A stretch of 64,000 nucleotides of DNA from assembly GCF_001194135.2 (NCBI RefSeq), contig NC_068984.1, positions 57,476,642 to 57,540,641 on the forward strand, in the 5' to 3' direction. Positions 12,390 to 23,085 of this stretch are shown in pieces (position 1 is the stretch's first letter; each line of letters opens with the position of its first letter). The position numbers were made by a program, and so were the translations under genes. This DNA comes from Octopus bimaculoides (taxonomy: Eukaryota). A model generated the notes under the pieces. That model saw only the letters and a program-made list of their open reading frames with translations, was not told the origin of the DNA and made no database searches.

Positions 12390-12843
12390 GGAGGAAAAAA
12401 AGGAAAAGAAAGTAAGTAATTGTGAACCCCAACCCAGCCAGGGCCCATCCGCTCCCTTGCCACCTCACCCTACCCATACAGACACCAAACCTACCCAATC
12501 CCCTCCAACAAGAAAACAGAAAAAAATAAACACACACGATGAAAATAAGATTTCCCCTCCCCCTGTTTGTTTTGCTTGCGTTCTGTATGAGAACGCGGGA
12601 GATGACATGTTTAAAAGGTTGAACGATTGGAAGGATATGGTGGAAGTAGAATTCGTAGATGATGATGGTGAGACTACGATGTGTTATTTGGTAAACAAAG
12701 AACAATGGGAAATAGTAAAAAAGAATGATAAAGGCATTGATTGGTGGAAAGTCATCGGCAATAGAGGCAAGTTGCCGAAAAGGACTAATTATACTGAACT
12801 AAAAGAGGACTATGGAATTGAACTGCTAGATTTAAGGCATTGA
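12307..12843 (+). pseudogene. Out-of-frame (+1) continuation of the ORF1-like protein: Lys/Glu- and Pro-rich linker plus unknown ~85-aa C-terminal domain
   Basis: Frame 1 is stop-free from 12307 to 12843 and overlaps the end of ORF1; the track ORF 12457..12843 starts at a TTG inside it. Confidence 0.6.
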
Positions 12844-13809
12844 AGGACAAAACGGTATCAATGTAACCACTCGATGTCGGGGGGTCGAGTGAGCATTTCG
12901 CCTCATTATATCATCTTTTTCATAATTCATTCTTTTCTTTTATTTTGTTTCTTTCTTTATACCTCCATTTTATAATTCTAGTTCCCTGATTGTGTTTGTC
13001 CCCTTCTATGTTTAGCCCCTCGTGGGTAATAAAAAAAAAAAACTTTGCAACCTTGCATGTTTTCATCGCTGTTGTAGAGAAATGAAATAAAGTTGTAGAA
13101 GATAAAATAAAAACAAAATAAAAAATAACTTTGGTGGTTCCTTTAAAATGAATGGAATAGCACATAGAAATATCATTTATGCACTGATAATTTAGAGTTC
13201 TATTGAGAAACTTGTCAGCTCAACTGTAATTAATAATACCTTTCTATGTTTATCCAGTATTGTTATTGTTTTAGATTGCTTAACAACCACTAATCTGTGT
13301 GGTATCTTCTGTACTAGCTGTATAGTTTGGTTAAACTCTAAATCAAATCTCTTATCTCAATTCATATCTCATTAAATACTTGGATTATATATTTTAATAT
13401 TGGTAATGATATTTTAACAAGAGTTTTGGAGATCCATAGAAAAGAATTTAACAAAATCCAACACACTTAAGAACCTGATTTCTTGATTGTGTCATTCTAG
13501 ATTATATTTTGATATCTAGCAGTTCTTAATTGACTCTTTCTCATATCGAGTTAACTTTTAATGTAACAGATAGTTGTTGTTGTTTAGCCCCATGCAGACC
13601 TATGATCAGAGAAATTCCACCCATAAACATATATTTCTTTCTCTGCCAAGGTATAGTTTCTGTAGAGTTATTTCATATGTCCTTCCTTTTTAAGAGAGGT
13701 GTTATTTAAGGTAGATTTCTAGCAAGTCCTGTAACTAGTTTAAATCCTTATATTTGGTAGCTCTTTGACATGAAATATTTCGATCCAACAGTTTAATAAT
13801 ATATCTGGG

Positions 13810-13961
13810 CACCAGCATAGCTAGAGAGAAGCAGAGGGGGTGATCCACCCAGGGTGGCACCACTTTTGGGTCTGCTGTAGGCAATATGTATTTTTTGTGG
13901 GGGCCTGGGGCAGCAAGCTGAAGGGCCCTCCCAGGCGGCACACACTCTGGTTACACTAGTG
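13810..13961. mobile_element. hAT-like MITE (~150 bp)
   Basis: Degenerate 17-bp TIRs (caccagcatagctagag / ctctggttacactagtg, 12/17); flanks tatctggg / tagttggg (6/8) may be a decayed 8-bp TSD. Confidence 0.55.
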
Positions 13962-14029
13962 TAGTTGGGATGTACTATTATTTATGTACAAAGATATGTA
14001 CACTGTACTTCTTCAACTTAATTTACAAA

Positions 14030-14303
14030 TCATTGGAAGAGGAATTCAAGGTGGCAGAAGCCAGAGAAGTGGTCCAGTACAGAGACTCTTGTGATCCGAA
14101 GGTGGCTAAAGCAGGGATTCAAGTGAGGATTGGCAGGAAGTGGAGAGCAGGGGATGCAGTTCAAGAAGCAGAGGCAAGGCTGTGCCAAAGGAGACTTGTG
14201 GGAGTGGTCACACAAGGCAGAGCTGGGCTAGGTTCCTTTCCAACTCCCCAAACGAACACCAGCGGGAAGGAAGGGTGCCGCCTTGTTCAGGAGGAGGTGA
14301 CCT
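14030..14303 (+). mobile_element. Fragment of an RLE-type (Hero/NeSL/R2-like) non-LTR retrotransposon ORF
   Basis: SLEEEFKVAEAREVVQYRDSCDPKVAKAGIQVRIGRKWRAGDAVQEAEARL...GVVTQGRAGLG is recognisable as the post-RT region of such elements; followed by (AAT)n. Clade assignment from memory. Confidence 0.7.
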
Positions 14304-17206
14304 GAATAATAATAATAATAATGATAACATCAAAATATACCTTAGGAATGAGAACCTAGGTTCGAAATTTCCCCATGACACCTAATGAAAGCTGGAGGGT
14401 ATATCAGCTGAAACATTGTGTTAACAACAAACAAGATGAGGACAAATATCTATCAAATGTAAATAATATATTTCTGTTAATCTGTCAAGAAGCACCAGAA
14501 TTACTTTTGATGTTGCAACATCATTAAAAATGTCTCCAGTTAATCAGCTTGTATCTTTTTACCTTCTTTACTGAGATAGTTTTAACAACTACCAAAATCT
14601 AATTACAACCATTAAAATTACTGCTGTTTTTTCATATAGATTTAAGACTTTGAAATAGCTGCCAGTCATATCTTGTATTCATTTTATTTTATATTTGTCT
14701 ACAATGTAGCACAAATCTCTAAACTTTCTCGTATTTTAGTGTTAAAAGGTTTTGTTTTTCCATACAACATTAGTTTGTGGCTTTTATATGTATTGTAGAA
14801 TTTTGTAGTGGATTAAGTTCTTTTCATATAGATTTATACTTCACTTGTTATATATATAATACCAACAGAGTGTTCTGTCTGTCATCTGAGAAGATTAAGA
14901 TTTTAAAATTGCAGTTATATTGCTATAGATTTATTTCTAATGTTTCTGAGTGAAAATAAAATGTTTTCCTTTGACTTTTTTTCAAATTTTAAGTTTTAGT
15001 ATTTCCAACTGGGGGAAATACTACTGTATATTTGTGACTGATAAGTCAGTCTGGAAATTAAGTTTGAGATCTAATGTGATATGATTGTCATGATCAAGCT
15101 ACTACATTTTAGTGTTACTAATTTATAGAGACTAAGACTGGCATTCCAATTTAAATCTAGCAATAACTAATATGTTTTCCTTATACAATTTTATTTTATT
15201 TATTCAATTTCAATATATTTAAGTACATAATTAAAGCAAAATTAAACACTTGTTAAGGATAAAGAGATCTATTTCTCAAAGCACTTTTGATACCATCCCA
15301 CCTGAGACTGTCTCTAATTCTATGACAGAAACTTTCTACTTTAATGTGATTTGAACTAAAAGATTCTATCGAAAATTTTTGTTAGTTTATGCTCCAAACA
15401 CCAGCTTAATGATGATAAATTTATTTTACTAAATTCTTTATTTTCAAAATTATTTGAAGCAAAGGCAGTATATTTTAACAGAAATATGGTAACAAAAGCA
15501 TATGCATAGGATTTTGTTCACTATTTTACATCTATTTTTTATATGCTTGTTTAATACCTGGAACTCAGATTTTCCCAGCATGTACAATGTATTCTAAACA
15601 TCATATACTCAGCACCATGTGCAACTATGTAGTAGTTTGTAACTTTCCTTGGATTAATAAAGCAAGAAATAACTGCAAACATTTTGTCATTACATATGTG
15701 ATCTAACTGGTAACAAATAAAGACAGTCTAAGTTAAAAATAGTCCTATGAAGACTATTGTGGTTTAGCTATGAGATAGCTTGATTGAGCAGACCTGGGCA
15801 GCCAAAACATCCCATGTTTATTTTCTCTTGCATTTTATTTAGGAATGTATTATCTGGTGTTTGTCTTTCTATTTTTGAGATAGAATGTGATTTGAGGGAG
15901 GTTTGGCAGCCATTTTTAACAGTTTCCAGTGCATAGATGTCTTTTGATGGTTCATAATATGAAGTAAAAATACAGATTCTTTTTCTTATTAGTGCTTCAA
16001 AACCTAGTTATAAAACACCAGATTGATAAGTGATTTGATACCATGTATTGAAACTAAAGCAATTACATCGTGGAAGATATTTTAATCATTTAAAGAATAC
16101 ACAAAAACATATGTTCACTTCCTACTTATTTCCTGAGATGCCAAAATCTTCATTGCACCTCTGCAATCCCAGTCACTGAGATAATTCCTCTGGAAAATAG
16201 ATATAACATTTTTTGTGTGTTCCGAAATGACTAAAATGACTCTTCCACAATGTAATTGTATCAGATTGATGTTTATTAATTGCACTAGCACATCATCAAA
16301 GACTGTTTGGAGATATGTTTAGCAATAAATTTTAATTTAGCAGTTGAATTTTTGTAGAAAAACAGGGTTTTTTTTAACAGATTATGAAAACATTACAAGT
16401 GAGAGGTGTCAGTTGTTTCTCAAAACAACTGATTATTATAATTTCTGTATTAGAAAGCTCCCTACCTTCTATGGTTACTGAGTCATACTGCTAACTGAAA
16501 TTAATGATACCTCCAGTTGTGGTATTTGAGTACCAATTGGAGACTGACATGTCATCAAATGACAGCCTTTATGTGCCATTGTTTAGCTCTATTGTAAATG
16601 TTATGTTTGGAGAAAATTTTTTACAGATAAACTAAAAAATATAATTTACCATACTCCTCCTTCACTTTTGATAACATGTTGATTTTCATTAGTCATTTCT
16701 TTGTTTCAAAGGATGTTTATTCTAAATGATATTTCTAAACAAAAGGAAATATTCCTTTAAGAAATTCACAAGTTTTGACATTTCTTCTTTCCATTATTCT
16801 CACCTAGTCTGACTAATCACATCATTTAATTGGTTCTTTTATAATTACTTTATCTAGATGTAATTTTACTGAAGTTGGGATTGTGGCAAGGTTCTCTAAA
16901 TGTGGTTAGAATTATACTTTTTCATAAATTATCTTTTGTATTTTTGACAGAGAATATTGATTGAACTTGTCAAGATCTTATCTTTCTTCATTTTGTGAAC
17001 CATATATTCTATCAATTTTAATATGATGCATTTGTTATACAAAAATTTGTTTTTAGATCACATTTATCTATATTGATAAATATGAATATGTTCTAAGGCA
17101 ACAATTTGGCTAAGTCATTAAACCTGTGGTTCTCAACCATTTTTTTTATCTATGTACCCCTTTGTTTACTATTTTATTCTGGTGGATCCCTATAGCAATT
17201 CAATGT

Positions 17207-17435
17207 TTAACCCTTTAGCATTCAAACCGGCCATATCCGGACAAAATATTTAACCTGTTTTATACAGAAACTGACCGAATCTGGCCTCTCACCCCAGCCC
17301 TACCATGTCATTCTAAAACTAAAAAAATCACATCACTGAAATCTCTAAACTACAAGATAATGCATGATTAATTCAAAACAATATAAACAAACAAACATCA
17401 TATTTGAGAGAATAATCCAAACACTAAAGGGTTAA
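17207..17435. mobile_element. piggyBac-like MITE
   Basis: TTAA-CCCTTTAG ... CTAAAGGG-TTAA; related copies at ~38582-38755 and ~59026-59237 (opposite orientation), partial copy near 47170-47310. Confidence 0.8.
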
Positions 17436-17723
17436 AAACTAATTTTATAGATACTTCTTTCAAAATTCCTATTTTGTTATTCAGACATTAACTTGTGTAG
17501 GTTGAGTTATATAAAATGTTAGAGAAAGATACTTTATGGTACTTTATCAACTCTGAAAGGATGAAAGGCAAAGTTGACCTCAGCAGAAGTTGAACTCTGA
17601 ACATAAAGCTGGACAAAATGCCACTAAGTACTTTACTAGATGCAGTAACAATCCTACCAGCTCGCTGTCTTCTCTCTCCTCTAATAATGGTTACTGTAAC
17701 TCATTACACATGCGTGCATGCAT

Positions 17724-17724
<1 letters not shown>

Positions 17725-17782
<58 letters not shown>
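17725..17782. repeat. (CA)n microsatellite
   Basis: Pure CA run of about 29 units. Confidence 0.97.
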
Positions 17783-17786
<4 letters not shown>

Positions 17787-17849
17787 CCCATCACTCTTTA
17801 CATACTGTGATGAATGGCCAAAAATATTGGTTATATGGAAAATAATGTG

Positions 17850-18013
17850 ATAAAGCTGGTCCTTTGAAATACAAGTACTACTTATTTATGCTAGTCAAGT
17901 GGACTGAAGCAATGTGAAATGTCTTGCTCAAGGACACAACACGCTGCCAGGAATCAAACTCACAATCTTACAATCATGAGCCAAATACTCTAACCACTAA
18001 GCCACGCACCCTC
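17850..18013 (-). mobile_element. tRNA-head SINE fragment
   Basis: ...tgtcttgctcaaggacacaac...ggaatcaaactcac...ctctaaccactaagccac is the reverse complement of an A/B-box head; similar copies at ~55700-55838 (-) and ~48100-48215 (+). Confidence 0.7.
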
Positions 18014-18069
18014 ATTAATATATGATAGGAGAAGGGACAGGTTTGTTGAAAAGAGACATAAATATGGTG

Positions 18070-18225
18070 GTGACAAGGTGTCAGAACACATCCTCAAACC
18101 TTTATAATTTGTGGGCTTATATAATGTGGAGAGCTCAGCCACTTGCATATTAATTTCATGAGCAGGTTATTTTGTTGGTCAGATCAACTGGAACCCTTGT
18201 CATCGTAACTGATGGAGTGCCGGTT
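18070..18225 (+). mobile_element. Degenerate 3' fragment of the same SINE family
   Basis: gtggagagctcagccacttgcatattaatttcatgagcagg...gatcaactggaaccc...ggagtgcc matches 18847-18940. Confidence 0.75.
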
Positions 18226-18563
18226 ATCATATATTAACCTCTCAATACCTCACATAAAAGTCCACTCTGTTTTCTCTTCTCCATCTAAGGCAAGGGAGTT
18301 GATGGGGTGGGGGCTCTGTAGTCTTGTGAATTACATTACTACCTCACTAGTGTTAATGCTATGAAAAAAGCACCTAGTGCACTCTGTAAAGTGATTGGAA
18401 TTAGGAAGGGTGTCCAGCTGTTGTAACCATGCCAAAACTGAGATACTGGAGCAAAGCATGGCTTTCTGTACCATTGGATCTTGTCATGGTGAATGCACCT
18501 AGAAAGGAATGTGGGTGTAAAAATGATGTTGATTTGTGTTTATGTATATATATATATACAAAT

Positions 18564-18950
18564 GTGGAGGCGCAATGGCCCAGTGGTTAGGGTAGCGGAC
18601 TCGCTGTCATAGGATCGCGGTTTCGATTCCCAGACCGGGTGTTGAGAGTGTTTATTGAGCGAAAACACCTAAAGCTCCACGAGGCTCCAGCAGGGGATGG
18701 TGGTGAACCCTGCTGTACTTTTTCACTACAACTTTCTCTCACTCTTACTTCCTGTTTCTGTTGTGCCTGTAATTCAAAGGGTCAGCCTTGTCACACTGTG
18801 TCACGCTGAGTATCCCCTAGAACTATGTTAAGGGTACACGTGTCTGTGGAGTGCTCAGCCACTTGCACATTAATTTCACGAGCAGGCTGTTCCGTTGATC
18901 GGATCAACTGGAATCCTCGACGTCGTAAGCGACGGAGTGCAACAACAACA
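18564..18950 (+). mobile_element. Full-length tRNA-derived SINE with 12-bp TSD
   Basis: A-box TGGCCCAGTGG and B-box-like GGTTTCGATTCC; tail ...gtcgtaagcgacggagtgc(aac)n; ATATATACAAAT duplicated at 18552-18563 and 18951-18962. Confidence 0.9.
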
Positions 18951-19554
18951 ATATATACAAATATATGTATGTATATGTTCATCCATTTTACAACTGCTTT
19001 TCTGCCAAGTTGCTAACCCTTTCTTTTTATAAATAGTATGGCTGAGTGGTTAAGGGGCTTGCTTTGCAATCCCTCATTATGTGGTATCTTGAACATATTT
19101 CATTTTCTATAGCCTCATGTTGACCATAACTTATGAAACTGGATAAACAGAAACTTTATAGAAGACTACTGTATGGAGTGTAGCTGTAATTCAAAGGCCC
19201 AGCTTTGTCACTTACTGTTTCCCCTCTAATTCTGCCTAAGAAATTACATTAAAGATACATGCCTTTGTGGAATGCTCAAACAATTACATACTAGCTGGCA
19301 TTTCAATGGATGGAATGCCTATCTTAGTGTTGAATCTTCATTATTGAAGTTGGAGACAAGCATTCAACAGAAAAATGCTGTACCTTTAATGTAATTTCTG
19401 AGGCTGAACCAGAGTTAAACAGTGACAAGGCTGTACCTTTGAATTACAAGTAGAATCCATTTCAACAGATATGCACATCTGCAAATATACAACATGCCAT
19501 TCTACTTCATTCTTATCAGGCTATGAATGACTGGATTTGATATTTACGGCTGGT

Positions 19555-20013
19555 TGTGCCAGTGGCACGTGAAAAGACATTCGAGCTAGATCGCTGCCAG
19601 TGCCGATGGACTGGCCCCTATGCAGGTGACACGTAAAATACACCATTTCGAGCGTGACTATTGATCGTTACCAACGTCGCCTCTCTGGCACTTTTGCCAG
19701 TGGCACATGTAAAGACATTTGAGCGAGATTGTTGCCAGTGCCGATGGACTGGCTCCTGTGCAGGTGGCACGTAAAATACACCATATCGAGCATGGCTGTC
19801 GCCAGTACCACCTGACTGGCCCGCGTGCGGGTGGCACGTAAAAGCACCCACTACACTCTCGGAGTGGTTGGCGTTAGGAAGGGCATCCAGCTGTAGAAAC
19901 TCTGCCAAATCAGATTGGAGCCTGGTGTTGCCTCTTGGTCCACCAGTCCCCAGTCAAATCGTCCAACCCATGCTAGCATGGAAAGCGGATGTTAAACGAC
20001 AATGATGATGATG
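19555..20013 (+). mobile_element. Shorter copy of the same RTE-type 3' UTR/tail
   Basis: High identity to 3620-4036, with tandem ~70-bp units and a (GAT)n tail. Confidence 0.85.
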
Positions 20014-20661
20014 AGGAATGCAGGAACACATGCATCAATCACAGCCCAGTGTGTTTTCATACATGTTGTCTGAGAGGAGAATTTTCTACTAGGACTATTT
20101 CCACAGCAGAAGGTCTTCATATGTTCAAGTGTGCTTAAACATGTTTAATATGACTTTATGCGTGCGCGCGCACACACACACACACACAAACACTTGTGTG
20201 CATAGACAATTGATTTTATCCTGGCATGATTGTAATGCAGAACATTATTGTTCAAAATCCAAATACTGGTCTTTAGGTTAATTAAGCTAAAGAAATATAA
20301 AAAAAAAACATTATGATTCAATGATTCCCCAAATCAAAAAAATAAAACCTGTGTCTTTTAGTGATTGTATTAACACTACATTTCCTAAGTATTTCATTAT
20401 TCAGTCAATTCTTATGATAGGAAATGTGTTATTGTGTTATACTGTATTTATTACATCCTATCACCTCCTAACAGTTAATTACTCCTAGATAGAAGTCCGT
20501 CTACTTGCTTCTAAGATGCAATACTGCCTGCTTTATTCACTGATGTAATCACCTTTCTTTTACTTTCACAACAATGTATTTTATATTTTCTGTAATTTAG
20601 TTTATGCAACTCTTCTTATTTATGAAATATTTTACATCTTGTCACATTTATATCATTTCAG

Positions 20662-20790
20662 GGTCCTGATTTATTAGAAACTAGTTCTGAATTAATTTAT
20701 TCTGGGGAACTAAGTAAAGTTAATTCCAGTGGTTGGACACAGGAACGCTACTTTTTCTTATTTGATCATCAACTTATCTATTGTCGTAAG
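20662..20790 (+). CDS. ARHGEF9: RhoGEF exon (PH domain start)
   Basis: tttcag|GGT...AAG|gtgaga; 129 nt; [43 protein letters not shown]. Not in the ORF track; translated by hand. Confidence 0.93.
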
Positions 20791-21347
20791 GTGAGACACT
20801 ATTCAATTTGTATATTTATTAAACCTTTTTCCAGTTTTTATGCATTTTCTCCATTTATTTATATTGTGTTGAATAGTTATTGTTGTTTTTTAATAACCTT
20901 ATAGCTTTATATATTTCTAAAAGACAAAGTAAATTTTCTTTGAAAATATGCACAGTGGGCAAACACGTTTACATAAAATCTTTTTTTTTTTTTTTTTTTT
21001 TTTTGTAAAAATATGACATGATGTATTTTTTAAAATAAAAATCAAACATAACTTTAAAAATATCTAAAGTTTGCTAAACCTTGTGTTTGATATAGGAGTG
21101 AAAATATTGAAGTTGTAAAGCATCTTCCATTTAGATATTTCTTGGTAAGGAAGGATCTATGTATATATTATTATAAAAGGAATATTAGTTTTCTCCTCAA
21201 TCCCATACCTGAACTTCATAACAAATTTAATGTCTAATAATATATTATCTCTCTAATATATATATATATATAGTTGATGTTTCAAGTATTAGCCTCCAAT
21301 GTAGTCACATCAGAGATATGATATTAATATATATTTTGTCTTTTTAG

Positions 21348-21432
21348 GATCTTTTAAAGAAAAATTCTTTCTCATTTCGAGGAAGAATATATTTAGACCA
21401 CAGTAAAATTTATCCAGTTGTAGATGGAAGAG
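21348..21432 (+). CDS. ARHGEF9: RhoGEF exon (PH domain)
   Basis: tttttag|GAT...AGA G|gtaagc; 85 nt, phase 0/1; DLLKKNSFSFRGRIYLDHSKIYPVVDGR(D). Confidence 0.9.
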
Positions 21433-21695
21433 GTAAGCAAACATTTAATATTGATGGTTACAGTGTGCGTGTGCGTTTGTGTGGCTTGGTTATTCTGTTC
21501 ATTTATTATGCTTAGGTAACTTCTTTTAAATTTGTAAGATTTTTCTTGCATGTTCATATATTTTTATGTAATCATTTAAGGGTTCCTTAACTGCCCAGTC
21601 ATTGTACCCAATAAATTTTTGTTCTTCTGTGCCTATCTTATTCATAAGCATCATATGTTTGTTGATATCCTCATTAGTCTGTCCATTATTTTCAG

Positions 21696-21854
21696 ACCCC
21701 CAGTTTAATGTATATGTGAAAAATGGTTGGAAGCTTCATGACAACAAACGGAACAAATCCTTCTTAGTGTTCAGTAAAAATGCCGTAGAGAAAGATCGAT
21801 GGCTAAAAGCATTTGATGAAGAAAGGAAGAAAGTGAAAAGTGATCAAGAAAATG
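21696..21854 (+). CDS. ARHGEF9: RhoGEF exon (PH domain end)
   Basis: ttttcag|AC...AAT G|gtaaga; 159 nt, phase 1/1; (D)PQFNVYVKNGWKLHDNKRNKSFLVFSKNAVEKDRWLKAFDEERKKVKSDQEN. Confidence 0.92.
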
Positions 21855-23004
21855 GTAAGACACATATTTTTACATTTCTGTTAAGCATTTTTTTTTTTTA
21901 AACAAGTTGTTTTGATATGAATACAAGTCAGTTGCATTATTTCATACTGACTGATCCCTTACTAGAGGTTGGATTTGAGAGAAGTTCATAGTTTTCACGA
22001 TATCTACAACAATGTTTTCAAGGATTCTTTGCAAACTTGAAGTACAATTTTTTTTTTTAATTTGTTATTTGTAGCTTTTGAGTTTTGTTTTACAAACATT
22101 TTCCATATAAAAGTGCCAGTCAGTCTGTAGAACAAGTCGTTGTTTAGCCCCTCTGCTCAGATCAAACAGACCTACAATAAGGTATTCCTGTCATGACCTT
22201 CTCCTTTGTGTCCTTCCATTTTTAATATGGTAAAATAGAATTTAAAGGAAATTTGGCTGTTATTTCTTCCAAGTTGAGCAGCCAATCAGAAGCTCTCTCT
22301 CTTTCGTTGCTTGTGTTGGAGCAAGTGTTTCTCATTGGTGGATGTTCTTCCTAACACCTATTGCTCAACTATAAGGGTGAAATCTATTGTCAGCTAGACA
22401 GATGATGTGTTCTATCCAAGAGCACAATTATATAGCCGTTATGTTTGAAATCATGATTGTGATCAGTTGTGAAGCAACAGTTTAACTGCAGTAGTTATGC
22501 CTCATGTTGATCTAAGTAGTTTTATAAAGCTTAGATGAAACAGGTGAACAAAACAAGTTTTGAAATGATAACCATCACAAAATTTATGAGATATTTCACA
22601 ACTAAATGGCCATAGGCTCCTTCTTGACTTAATATCATTACTGCTTTACTGCTAGGTTGTTCAATTGCATATTGTACAAAGAAAGAAACAAAAAGACTTT
22701 AAAGATAAACGAGGTTAAGTTGCAGGAATTAATTTCAAAGTAATAATTAGTACCCAGGTAAAAAAATAATAATAATAAAAGGCAAAAGCATAGTGAAGAT
22801 AACAACAAAAATAATGAACAAGATAGACAGCTATTGTGGAGAAAGCACTGTGGAGAGAGGGGAAGGGGGACAAAACGTTAACTTATGTATATAACCTTTA
22901 GTCAGTTGAATATGTGTAGCTTTTTCTCATCCTATTTAGGATATCAAGCATACTCTCCATCAGTTGACCTAGTAGCTATGTATATTTTAACCTCTTTCAT
23001 GTAG

Positions 23005-23085
23005 GTTTTACTATTCCACCAAGCTTGCGGAAATCTTGTGCACGAAACAGTTTCAGAACAAAAACACAACCAGAACGGCCAAAAG
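23005..23085 (+). CDS. ARHGEF9: RhoGEF exon (post-PH)
   Basis: atgtag|GT...AAA G|gtaaaa; 81 nt, phase 1/1; (G)FTIPPSLRKSCARNSFRTKTQPERPK; position matches the GFxI segment after the PH domain in this family. Confidence 0.8.

Larger units (their letters stand above)
11399..13041 (+). mobile_element. Non-autonomous, ORF1/Gag-only non-LTR retrotransposon insertion (~1.64 kb)
   Basis: Identical 13-bp direct repeats ACTTTGCAACCTT at 11386-11398 and 13042-13054; AATAAA at 13028-13033 running into an A-tail; contains a Gag/ORF1-like ORF; no RT or endonuclease motifs seen. Confidence 0.88.

Noticed and set aside
12390-12403. A AAA AAG as a programmed -1 frameshift site
   Set aside because: It lies after the ORF1 stop, and joining the frames needs +1, not -1.
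18564-18640. Possible tRNA gene
   Set aside because: It has A/B boxes but no complete cloverleaf or acceptor stem, and continues into a SINE body with a TSD.
19555-19850. CRISPR-like appearance of regularly spaced repeats
   Set aside because: The context is eukaryotic, the 'spacers' are similar to each other, there are no cas genes, and the array is part of the RTE 3' UTR also seen at 3620-3860.
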